Positions 55,728 to 64,000 of a DNA stretch of 64,000 nucleotides are shown in pieces (the stretch's first letter is position 1; every line of letters starts with the position of its first letter). The DNA lies in IMG/VR virus record IMGVR_UViG_3300042898_002099. The stretch is one strand, 5' to 3'. This DNA is from a virus. Position numbers and translations under genes: made by a program. The notes beneath the pieces are model-generated. The model saw nothing but the letters and a program-made list of their open reading frames with translations, searched no databases and was not told the DNA's origin.

Positions 55728-56363
55728 TTAGTCAGTAATGTCAATTATGGGATTATCCTTTTCAGACGCTTTCTTTTTACGAGCTTTTGTCTCGGATGCC
55801 GTTTCTCGTTTTTCGGGATCGATTGTGTCTAATTGCTTTTTCAAATAATCAATCAAATGGCGGCCTGCTTCCGAATCTTCTGCATTTTGAATAATAGAAT
55901 CAATATCCATATTCTCCATGAGTTTATATTTCGTTGCCTGTTGTTTCTTTTCCTTTTGAATTCTGCGAATAAAGGCAAAGTAAATAATTTGAGTATAATA
56001 GGCAAATGGATTAGATGATTTTGTGGGATCAAATTTTGCAACAGCAGTTAGGCAATTTTCAATGCCATCCGAAACCATATCATCTCTAAATGTGTAATTG
56101 ATAAAATTAGATTTATATGATAAATGTGTTGCAATTTTAATAAAGCATTCGCCTATATATCGAGGTACTCGAGTCGGTTCCTCTCCTGCAGCTTTGGCTT
56201 TGTCTAATGCCTCTTTATATTCTATAAGAGCAGCAAGAAACTGTTTGTTGTTTACATAATGGGCAGGGGCCTTGGCGGGGATTTCTTCTTTAATGAAGGA
56301 TTCTTCTATTTCCTCGATCAATTCTAATATCTCGCTCTCCGGCGTCGTCGTTGTTTTCGTCAT
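55728..56363 (-). CDS. 55: Late sigma factor gp55
   Basis: HYVNN, NFINYT, NPFAYYTQI..AFIRRI. Confidence 0.95.
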   Translation of the reverse strand: MTKTTTTPESEILELIEEIEESFIKEEIPAKAPAHYVNNKQFLAALIEYKEALDKAKAAGEEPTRVPRYIGECFIKIATHLSYKSNFINYTFRDDMVSDGIENCLTAVAKFDPTKSSNPFAYYTQIIYFAFIRRIQKEKKQQATKYKLMENMDIDSIIQNAEDSEAGRHLIDYLKKQLDTIDPEKRETASETKARKKKASEKDNPIIDITD

Positions 56364-56772
56364 TCACATCTCCTAAAGATTGTTCAAATTTTTCAAATAA
56401 TTCTTCAATAATTTCTTCATCTGTTTCTTCAGCGTCATCGCTTTCAGTATACAGCTCGTCTTTGTTGTCTCTATACATTATATACTCTAAGTAGTTATTT
56501 TTCAAGCTTTCTTTGATGTTTGTTGCAACTACAATTTGATGTACTGGGATTTCATATACGTTTTCCTCTGAAAAACTAAATAAAGGAAACAATACGTATG
56601 ATTCTATTAACACACCATCTCTAGGCAATCGTAACATATTTAAGATTACTGGGTCTGTCACACTAATGATGCGCTTGCCTGTCAATTGTTTACAATCATC
56701 TTTCGTTTTACAGATTATGCTATCGCCAGATGTGAGGCGCAAAAATTTATAATTTACTTTTTCTTCTTCCAT
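56290..56772 (-). CDS. Conserved T4-like hypothetical protein (Sm-like, acidic tail)
   Basis: LRLTSGDSIIC; lies between uvsW and 55. Confidence 0.65.
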   Translation of the reverse strand: MEEEKVNYKFLRLTSGDSIICKTKDDCKQLTGKRIISVTDPVILNMLRLPRDGVLIESYVLFPLFSFSEENVYEIPVHQIVVATNIKESLKNNYLEYIMYRDNKDELYTESDDAEETDEEIIEELFEKFEQSLGDVNDENNDDAGERDIRIDRGNRRILH

Positions 56773-58253
56773 TATAATGATACCTTTACTAATTTATAGT
56801 TAAAATGCTCATCATTATAAATTTTTATTCGTTCAATCATATGCAATAATGTATAATTCTTTTTAGATTTCCATGTTAAATCATCTGCAATGTCATATAG
56901 TTTACACGATGTCTTACTTTCACTTGTTCTCAAGCCTCGACCAATAGATTGTAAGTTTCTTACTCTCGATTTTGAGGGTGAAGCAAAAATAATATTATGC
57001 AGGTTTTTAATATTTATTCCTGTAGAGAAAGTACCATAGCTAGCAACAATAATTGCATCAGTCTCTGTTTCGGTAATTCTACGAATATCTTCACGCTGCT
57101 CAGTATCAGTTCCACCATAAACAAAAAACACTTTTCGATTCACCGCTTTTTCTTCAATCATATCTTTTAAAACTTTGCCATGTTTTTCAACATACTGAAA
57201 TAACACTAACGTATTGCTCGTCTGTGTTATTGCAAGATTTCTAATAAATTTATTTCTAGCTTCATGCTGAACTAAAAAATCCATTTCATCTTGATATGAT
57301 TTACCTTTTTGGGCTTTTTTAATTTCATCAGAATATTCTAAAATGATATTAAAAATTTCTAAGTCTGCAAGTGTTTTATCGTTAATTAATTTTTTGGTTG
57401 TTGTGACTTTATAAACTGGCCCAAACAATCCTTCTAGAACTAATTTATGGGTATGAGTACCATCCAATGTCCCTGTCGTCCCAACTCTATATGGAGTAGT
57501 AGTACATTTATTTAGTATACTTGTTAATGACTTTGCTTTAAATAAATGAGCTTCGTCACCATAAATTGCTTTAAAATCTGCAAAGAACTGTTTGGGCAAT
57601 TTATAAATTGATTGCCAAGTACTAATGACTATATCATATTCATTAGACTTTTCGTGCCCGCCATAAATACGATGACAATGTTCTGAGGCTTTCCAGCCAT
57701 TTAAACAAGAATAATCTTGAAAATCCGAATACATCTGTTCAACTAAAGAAGTCGTTGGAACAAGTATTAATTGTCTACGACCAACTCGTTCATGCCATCT
57801 GATTAAACAGTAAATGATAAGAGATTTACCTGACCCTGTTGGGGACAATAATAATCTCCTGCCATCTTTAATTGCTTGAAATACTGCATCAAATTGATAA
57901 TCCCTAATTTGTATAGGTTTACCCTTTGAGCCAACATTTAGATCTTCGCAAAACTTTCTAACTATGTCGTAAGTAACTGCATCGTTTTCTTCTACATAAT
58001 TAGAATAATCAATAACATAATCTCGTTCTTCGCAGAATCGTTCTAGGTAGCTTTTTAGTCCTACATATAATTCTTGTGTGAACATAGAGTAAAGTCGTAC
58101 TTTACCATCCCACATACGAGATTTATAAAGAGGATGAAACTTAGCACCAGGAACATCAAAAGAAAAATGATCGTTTAACTCTTGTCCTATTGAAGGTTCA
58201 CATCTTACTTTTAAATATGCTTCGTCTTTTTTCGATAATTCGATATCTGCCAT
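56772..58253 (-). CDS. uvsW: SF2 helicase UvsW
   Basis: PTGSGKS, DEAH, QSIGRGLR. Confidence 0.95.
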   Translation of the reverse strand: MADIELSKKDEAYLKVRCEPSIGQELNDHFSFDVPGAKFHPLYKSRMWDGKVRLYSMFTQELYVGLKSYLERFCEERDYVIDYSNYVEENDAVTYDIVRKFCEDLNVGSKGKPIQIRDYQFDAVFQAIKDGRRLLLSPTGSGKSLIIYCLIRWHERVGRRQLILVPTTSLVEQMYSDFQDYSCLNGWKASEHCHRIYGGHEKSNEYDIVISTWQSIYKLPKQFFADFKAIYGDEAHLFKAKSLTSILNKCTTTPYRVGTTGTLDGTHTHKLVLEGLFGPVYKVTTTKKLINDKTLADLEIFNIILEYSDEIKKAQKGKSYQDEMDFLVQHEARNKFIRNLAITQTSNTLVLFQYVEKHGKVLKDMIEEKAVNRKVFFVYGGTDTEQREDIRRITETETDAIIVASYGTFSTGINIKNLHNIIFASPSKSRVRNLQSIGRGLRTSESKTSCKLYDIADDLTWKSKKNYTLLHMIERIKIYNDEHFNYKLVKVSL

Positions 58254-58693
58254 TACATCATGCCGTTGGTAAATTTATTCCATTCAATAGCATTTTTAAT
58301 ATCCCATGTTCTACTGTTCAAAGAGCGAATGATTTGTTCTAACTGATACATTACTGTTTTAAAATATTCGACTTTGTCTTGATATAAAACAAGATCATAA
58401 TCAACAGTTAGAAACTCATCCATTTCATTCTTTAATGGTTTATTGCCTTGCCATTGTTCCCAACCCTCGTCTGTCAATTCTGCTTGTGACATCTCGCCGC
58501 GATAATAACGATATTTCTTACGACGACAATTCAAATAGTCAGACTCAGCTTTACGAAGGTTGAGGCGTGTTGAAGATAGGTAGTTCAAATACTTGGCATG
58601 AAGGTTTGGAGTCCTCGCAGATTCATGGCCAAGATTCATCTCATTAATCTTACAATCCTCTGCCCAGGATTCTTGTAGATCTGATAATTTCAT
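58253..58693 (-). CDS. uvsY: Recombination mediator UvsY
   Basis: PNLHAKY, YYRG, RTWDIKNAIEW. Confidence 0.9.
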   Translation of the reverse strand: MKLSDLQESWAEDCKINEMNLGHESARTPNLHAKYLNYLSSTRLNLRKAESDYLNCRRKKYRYYRGEMSQAELTDEGWEQWQGNKPLKNEMDEFLTVDYDLVLYQDKVEYFKTVMYQLEQIIRSLNSRTWDIKNAIEWNKFTNGMM

Positions 58694-58709
58694 AATATAA
58701 TTTACCTAT

Positions 58710-59609
58710 TTAACCAACTTGGATAATTTGCGAAGGATTACCTTGGAAGTTGAATGAACCGTAGTGGTTCAAGGAGATTGAAGGATCAAGCCAGATTTCT
58801 CCGCCGATATCTTGCCAGCGTCTGCTGAATGTGTAATCCTCAGACAAATAACGCTTGTCTTTAGGATCAATCATTGTGTCGAAGAATGCATAGAAGTGAG
58901 GATTCAATTCTGGAGGTGTATTCAAGTCGTTGTTATATTTTAACTCTGGATACTTCTCAATCATCTGGTCTATAACTTCACGCTTAATCATCATGAAGCC
59001 TGTTGCGCCGTCGTGTAGACGAATTAGACCATTTTCAATTGCAATTTGTTTTTGTTCGCGATTAAGGAACTTAAAGTTAATTGCGTAGTCACTACCAAAA
59101 GATGCAATTGCTTTGTCATCAAGTGGTTGGTCTGTTTGTTTAACGCTATCACGAATGCGCTGCCAATTAACACCCTTCTTAGGATAGGCACCAACTGCAA
59201 CATCTTTGTTGTGTGCAATTAATTTAATAACGTCTTCAACCTGATATTCGATATCAGCATCAATAAACATCAAACGAGTGAAATTACTTTGTAGAAAATA
59301 TGCCACAAGAACATTACGTGCTCTTGTAACTAAAGATTCATTTGCAATTGTACCAAACGCTACTGGGATTTGATGTTGATTGCAAAATGTTAATAAACGA
59401 ATTGTTGATCGAAAATAAGCTTCCGTTAATTGACCGCCGTAGCACGGGGTCGCAATAAAGATTCTTTCTTTACGAAGAGCATCTAGACTAACTTCTAATT
59501 TTTTTTCATTAGGAGCAGCTGCAGCTGCGCTAGATTGTTGTCCCGCTTTAGGCAAGTTAGGAACAGGGGGCAAAGCCATAGGCGATACTTTTTTAATTTT
59601 TTTATCCAT
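58710..59609 (-). CDS. GT-A fold glycosyltransferase-like protein
   Basis: IATPCYGG, ESLVTRARN, FIDAD, YLSEDYTF. Confidence 0.75.
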   Translation of the reverse strand: MDKKIKKVSPMALPPVPNLPKAGQQSSAAAAAPNEKKLEVSLDALRKERIFIATPCYGGQLTEAYFRSTIRLLTFCNQHQIPVAFGTIANESLVTRARNVLVAYFLQSNFTRLMFIDADIEYQVEDVIKLIAHNKDVAVGAYPKKGVNWQRIRDSVKQTDQPLDDKAIASFGSDYAINFKFLNREQKQIAIENGLIRLHDGATGFMMIKREVIDQMIEKYPELKYNNDLNTPPELNPHFYAFFDTMIDPKDKRYLSEDYTFSRRWQDIGGEIWLDPSISLNHYGSFNFQGNPSQIIQVG

Positions 59610-59626
59610 AATAACTCCAAGTTATA

Positions 59627-60214
59627 TTATAAAGGTTCTACTTCGAAAATAGTATATTTGAACGATGCTATCGCTGTAAAATATTCTACGCTTGCTGACG
59701 CAATATCAAAATCTAAGGCTTGTAGGGACACAGGGAATAGATTTTTAAATATTATATTTACTTTAGGCGTATTTGTCGAGTCGAGAATAGTCAAAGTACC
59801 ATCCGAGTATGCCAAAACTTCTTCTTTTCCGCTTGTTTTTGTAACAAACGGGAATCTGCTCGGCCTATTACTTGTAAATGTTTTGAATTGAGAATAATTG
59901 TCAGGGAATCCCAGAGCAATTAACCATCTATACATTTCCAAATAATTGGACATATCCTCAGCTATAATGAAACGAATTGTAAATTCACCGAAATTAATTT
60001 TATCACCTATTGTCGGCACATCGATAAAAGGTGTTGGTTGTGTAGCAAATCCTAATTGCAAGTCAGGGATGTTTGCTGATTGACAGGTAAAAGATGTCTT
60101 AGGCATGTCCTTAATACTAAACTTAAATGCGTTCGGTCTTAAGAAATCATTCGTCGTGGGTGTTGAATTTGTCCAACTATCTTTTACGACATCAATGTTT
60201 GCAGTATAAGCCAT
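59627..60214 (-). CDS. 3: Tail tube terminator/completion protein (gp3-like)
   Basis: FTCQSANIP, GDK..F, DMSNY..MY.W; TATAAATA at 60238-60245. Confidence 0.8.
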   Translation of the reverse strand: MAYTANIDVVKDSWTNSTPTTNDFLRPNAFKFSIKDMPKTSFTCQSANIPDLQLGFATQPTPFIDVPTIGDKINFGEFTIRFIIAEDMSNYLEMYRWLIALGFPDNYSQFKTFTSNRPSRFPFVTKTSGKEEVLAYSDGTLTILDSTNTPKVNIIFKNLFPVSLQALDFDIASASVEYFTAIASFKYTIFEVEPL

Positions 60215-60267
60215 CTGTTTCCTTTATGCTATCTATATATTTATAGCCTGTAGTATGTGCAAAGATT

Positions 60268-60294
60268 AAAAAAGGGGGAATTACTTCCCCCTTT
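60268..60294 (-). terminator. Intrinsic terminator after gp23
   Basis: AAAGGGGAA/TTCCCCCTTTTTT. Confidence 0.8.
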
Positions 60295-60317
60295 AAATCC
60301 GATCTTCGCCGGCTTGA

Positions 60318-61604
60318 TTACATTAGGTTGATAACCCGTGTACGACGATAATACTGATTGCGGTTCGCAGTGAAATTCGATGCGTCAGAATCAGATAAGC
60401 TATCGCTAGATGTAACGTATGGGTTAGCAATTAAACCGTAACGTGTCTTGAAGCCAATCTTTGGCTGGAAGCTGTTAGGATCAATTGCACGAACCATTTG
60501 TAAAGGAACATATGGGCAGTAGAACATACCTGCGTCATATGGGCTAGAACCCTTATAACCAACCATGTAGAACTGATTTGCAGCGCCTAGGTTTGCAGAA
60601 TACGGATCAATGTACACACGGTAGCGTCCGTTTAGAACACCTGCGAATGTATTGCCTGTATCGTCAACATTTAAGTTTGTTGACAAAGCTGGAGTGTAGT
60701 CTAGAACACCAGACATAGCTAATGCACTTGCAACGTCTGCAGAGCAAACGATGAAGTTACCTTTACCACGACGTGTGTCTTGTGCAATGTGGTTAGCATC
60801 ACGTTCAATGTTGAACAATAGACCTTTGAAACGCTCTACAGACCAACGACCATTAGAATCAACGTCTAGGTCAAATGTGCCTGCTGTTGCTGTTCCTGGA
60901 GAACCAGGCTTAGCAACTTTGTAAATTGTACGAACAACTTCGCGATTAATTTCAAACATGAACTCTTGTGACAAGATGTTTGATAATTCTGCTTCTGCGT
61001 CAAGACCGTGAATTGCTTTCAAGTCTTGTGCCAATTCAACTGTATATTCAGCTTTCAATGCACGAGATTTAGCAGTAACAGTTGTCTTGTCAATAGAGAA
61101 AGACATTTCGCCGAAAGTATCTTGACCTTCCATTGAACCTGTTGTTGTAGCGTTACCAGTATTATATGTTCCAAATACTGGGTTGTTGCCTTCTGCATTT
61201 TGCATAGAGCTAGAGAAAGAAGTATTTGCTTCGTTGAACAATGCTTCTTTTCTTGTTGTTGTGTTGTTACGCTCTGCACCATAGATAGAACGCATTGCAA
61301 AGATCAAGCCTGTTGGGCCTGTCATTGGCTGTACACCGCAAATGTCATATGCCATTAGGTTAGGCATTGCACGACGTACTAAACCGATCATGATCGGGTC
61401 ATACTTGTCAATACCGCTAGTAGCAGAAATGTTGTTTGTTGGAGCTGTCTCAAACAATGCATTACGCTCTTCACGTAATGAACGCTCTTGGTTCTCTAAC
61501 AATACAGACGTAACTTGACGTTTGTAGTTGTCTTTAATTGGAGGAAGGTCTGGGTGATCCAGAATTGCTTCCCATTTCTTTTGGTAGTTTTCGGATAAAA
61601 ACAT
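60318..61604 (-). CDS. 23: Major capsid protein gp23
   Basis: GVQPMTGPTG, KSRALKAEYTVELAQDLKAIHGLDAE, YCPYVPL; TATAAATA at 61645-61652. Confidence 0.98.
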   Translation of the reverse strand: MFLSENYQKKWEAILDHPDLPPIKDNYKRQVTSVLLENQERSLREERNALFETAPTNNISATSGIDKYDPIMIGLVRRAMPNLMAYDICGVQPMTGPTGLIFAMRSIYGAERNNTTTRKEALFNEANTSFSSSMQNAEGNNPVFGTYNTGNATTTGSMEGQDTFGEMSFSIDKTTVTAKSRALKAEYTVELAQDLKAIHGLDAEAELSNILSQEFMFEINREVVRTIYKVAKPGSPGTATAGTFDLDVDSNGRWSVERFKGLLFNIERDANHIAQDTRRGKGNFIVCSADVASALAMSGVLDYTPALSTNLNVDDTGNTFAGVLNGRYRVYIDPYSANLGAANQFYMVGYKGSSPYDAGMFYCPYVPLQMVRAIDPNSFQPKIGFKTRYGLIANPYVTSSDSLSDSDASNFTANRNQYYRRTRVINLM

Positions 61605-61654
61605 TTATGTCTCCTTGTTGTGACTGTTTTAAATAACTTTTACTTATTTATAAG

Positions 61655-62791
61655 TTATTGTCTTTTGATTGTTCTTGATAAGGCATTTGCATAAGCTGAA
61701 ACAACATCGTTACTTTGCGTGAAGCTAGCTGGCGTGTCAGTCTCCTCTGTTAGCGCTTGCTTGGCTGTCTCTTTAATTACAGCGTCGCGTGGAAAATAAT
61801 TTTCCTTAATAACAGAAACTTTTTCTTTGTAGATTTCTTCATTCTCGAAATCAACACCTTCTAAAAGTTTTGTCAATTTATTTACTTCAGTATCTGCTAG
61901 ATCCTTAGCCATTTCCTTAATAATAAGTTTGCGCTTTAGTTCTGTTACTGATGTATTTAAGCCAACATTGTTTTCTACTTGGCCATTTAGGCTTTCTTCC
62001 AACTCTGTTACCTTAGCTTGCAATTCACCGATTACATCATATTTTTCCTCAGGCACTTCAATATAGTGTTCTTTGAAGAGCGCCTTAAGACCTGTCATAA
62101 AGTCTTCAGCAATTTCGCCGCGAAGACCATTTTCTACTGCCAATTTATTTTCTTCTATGTAATTTTCAACTACATAGTTAAGATATGCATCTACTTTTTC
62201 AACAATGCTTTCCTTGTATTCGAGGAATTCTTCAGCATATTTTTCTTCAAGTGATGCTGCAACTTTTTCCATTTCATTATTAACGCGAGCAATAACTGCT
62301 GCCTCAAAAATGGATGTTGCTTTTTGTCTAAAATCTTCTGAAAGTTCTTCACCGAAGATTGGAGAAAGATCGATAGGTTCAACTATTGATTCTTGTTCTT
62401 CTTCTGTTGTTTCTTCTTCAGATACAACTTCTGCAGATGCATCAGTTTCTTCATCTTCATGAATACCTGTGTTCTGCGGAATAGATGAAAGATCTTTTAC
62501 TGTTGTGAAGTTTGGTGCTGCACCAACAGGGCCCTTCATTGCAATAGTATTCTTAGAAATACCTTTTGCAGTAATGGCTCCTTGGTTCACATCCTTCTCA
62601 TCACGATCTTCGTGACTTGCAGATTCTGAATCACCCTGTTTAGGGTTTCCTGTATCGCCAGCATTAGCAGGCTTGATTGTGGAATCTTTTCCGCTAGTTG
62701 GAACCATTGGTCCTGCGCCCTCATTAACTTCCTGCGAAGTCTTAACAGAAACGCGTTCTAGCAATTCCTTAACTTTACTTTCTACTGACAT
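61655..62791 (-). CDS. 22: Prohead core scaffold gp22
   Basis: KATSIFEAAV, YLNYVVE; synteny; TATAAATA at 62827-62834. Confidence 0.92.
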   Translation of the reverse strand: MSVESKVKELLERVSVKTSQEVNEGAGPMVPTSGKDSTIKPANAGDTGNPKQGDSESASHEDRDEKDVNQGAITAKGISKNTIAMKGPVGAAPNFTTVKDLSSIPQNTGIHEDEETDASAEVVSEEETTEEEQESIVEPIDLSPIFGEELSEDFRQKATSIFEAAVIARVNNEMEKVAASLEEKYAEEFLEYKESIVEKVDAYLNYVVENYIEENKLAVENGLRGEIAEDFMTGLKALFKEHYIEVPEEKYDVIGELQAKVTELEESLNGQVENNVGLNTSVTELKRKLIIKEMAKDLADTEVNKLTKLLEGVDFENEEIYKEKVSVIKENYFPRDAVIKETAKQALTEETDTPASFTQSNDVVSAYANALSRTIKRQ

Positions 62792-62841
62792 TAGAGTCTC
62801 CTAAATGTATGAATGTTCTCAATCTATATTTATAAGTTTTA

Positions 62842-63492
62842 TTACCTAGACAATTGATTGACGAATTGTTCAAAAATTTGTAATTTAACTTCGTCTAAAT
62901 TCTTAGCTGAAGTCTTCCTTATTTGCTTTTGTGCATTTTCAATTTGTATTGCTTTCCACACGCCATTTTCAAGAATCCACTCCGCAGATTCCATGATTCC
63001 TTGAACAAAGGCGTCTGGGGCAGATGGGTCAGCAACAATGTCAACAGTTGCAAGGTGAAAATCACCTTGTACTTCGTTGATTCCTTCGGAGTTCATTTTT
63101 AACGATCCTAAACCTCTTGTGGATACGCCTAGTTGAACTTCATTTTCTATTAAATTCTTTGCTATAATTCCCATAGGTGTGTCCAATATTTTGGCTCTAC
63201 CTATAACATCATTACCTTCCATCTTTAGGCTAGTAATTAGATGGGAAACCTGATGTAAGTTAATTGAAGGATTCTCAGGATGACCTAGCTCTCCTAAAGA
63301 ACGCTTTTGTCCAATAAGCTCTTGATACTTTTGGACTTCGCGTTCCATGATACCTCTACCATAAGAACGATTGTTTCTATTTGGTTTTTCAGCTTGAGCA
63401 AAGATACCTTCAATAAAGATATTTTTTCCGCCACCTTGTTTGTCTTCTACAAGGTAGTGTAAATCTTGTGCAACTTCTTTAATTAATCTCAT
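62842..63492 (-). CDS. 21: Prohead protease gp21
   Basis: GELGHP, GVSTRGLGS, DIVADPSAPDA. Confidence 0.96.
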   Translation of the reverse strand: MRLIKEVAQDLHYLVEDKQGGGKNIFIEGIFAQAEKPNRNNRSYGRGIMEREVQKYQELIGQKRSLGELGHPENPSINLHQVSHLITSLKMEGNDVIGRAKILDTPMGIIAKNLIENEVQLGVSTRGLGSLKMNSEGINEVQGDFHLATVDIVADPSAPDAFVQGIMESAEWILENGVWKAIQIENAQKQIRKTSAKNLDEVKLQIFEQFVNQLSR

Positions 63493-63504
63493 ATTAGTTC
63501 CTAA

Positions 63505-63906
63505 TTATCTCTTAGTCTGTTGGTCTGGCTCAATAAAACCAGCAGGCTTAGATATGTGTAAATACATTGTACTATTTGCAGGCATTGTAACTGTAATATT
63601 TGCACTATTATTTGAGGTATCAACAAAGCCAAACATCTGCGATGTTGACCAATTGTCATTGCCATTTAATATCATTACCGTTGAATTATTACGAGTGATA
63701 ACAATTGGAAATGCGCCAGGCGTAGTCCACATCATACCAGTAATATTCATTTGTATATTTGGTAGATCTAAAGTTTCATCTGCTAATTTTAAATCAAACG
63801 GCGTAATGTTTGCCGTTCCATCAGATGTACCTGCAGAACGATCGCCTACAATTTTTACAACTGCTTGTTGTCTTACCTTTTTAAGGACTGTACGAATTAC
63901 TGGCAT
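63505..63906 (-). CDS. Hypothetical head-module protein
   Basis: ORF upstream of gp21 with AGGA SD. Confidence 0.65.
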   Translation of the reverse strand: MPVIRTVLKKVRQQAVVKIVGDRSAGTSDGTANITPFDLKLADETLDLPNIQMNITGMMWTTPGAFPIVITRNNSTVMILNGNDNWSTSQMFGFVDTSNNSANITVTMPANSTMYLHISKPAGFIEPDQQTKR

Positions 63907-64000
63907 CTTAATATCCTATTATTTTATTCTTTACTAACACTTGACGCATGATGTTTAGAAAGCTGGAATGTAAATTTTCCACCTTGAACTGGCTGACCAG

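Noticed and set aside
60215-60317. No gp24 vertex gene after gp23
   Set aside because: Usual for cyanophage-type T4-like phages; not novel.

Overview
A 64 kb segment of a T4-like (gp55/gp23-type) myovirus genome, mostly on the minus strand. The host is probably a freshwater betaproteobacterium; this is inferred from RpoZ-, HemA-, DUF3563- and Hc1-like accessory genes. Right to left the window holds: a head module (gp21, gp22, gp23), gp3, UvsY/UvsW and gp55; a 7-deazaguanine cluster (QueE, FolE, TGT/DpdA-like, DpdL-like, QueD) interleaved with glycosyltransferases and a GalE-like epimerase; gp47/gp46 and a CobS/CobT-like pair; a GDP-fucose/colitose glycosylation cluster; gp45/44/62, RegA and Hsp20; a plus-strand late island of secreted and membrane proteins; gp43, UvsX and gp41; and a roughly 7.5 kb array of 26 tRNAs (19 amino acids, no Phe) mixed with structured non-coding RNAs and translation/stress genes. 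The most striking observation sits directly upstream of the tRNA array. A T4 late promoter fires a leaderless 32-codon peptide that uses 19 of the 20 amino acids (all but Phe, the same set as the tRNAs). The peptide's 3' end can form an antiterminator that competes with an intrinsic terminator. This looks like a general translation-stress attenuator controlling late tRNA expression. It is followed by rrn-like tandem sigma70 promoters and a boxA-like element. All calls come from reading motifs by eye; no searches were run.
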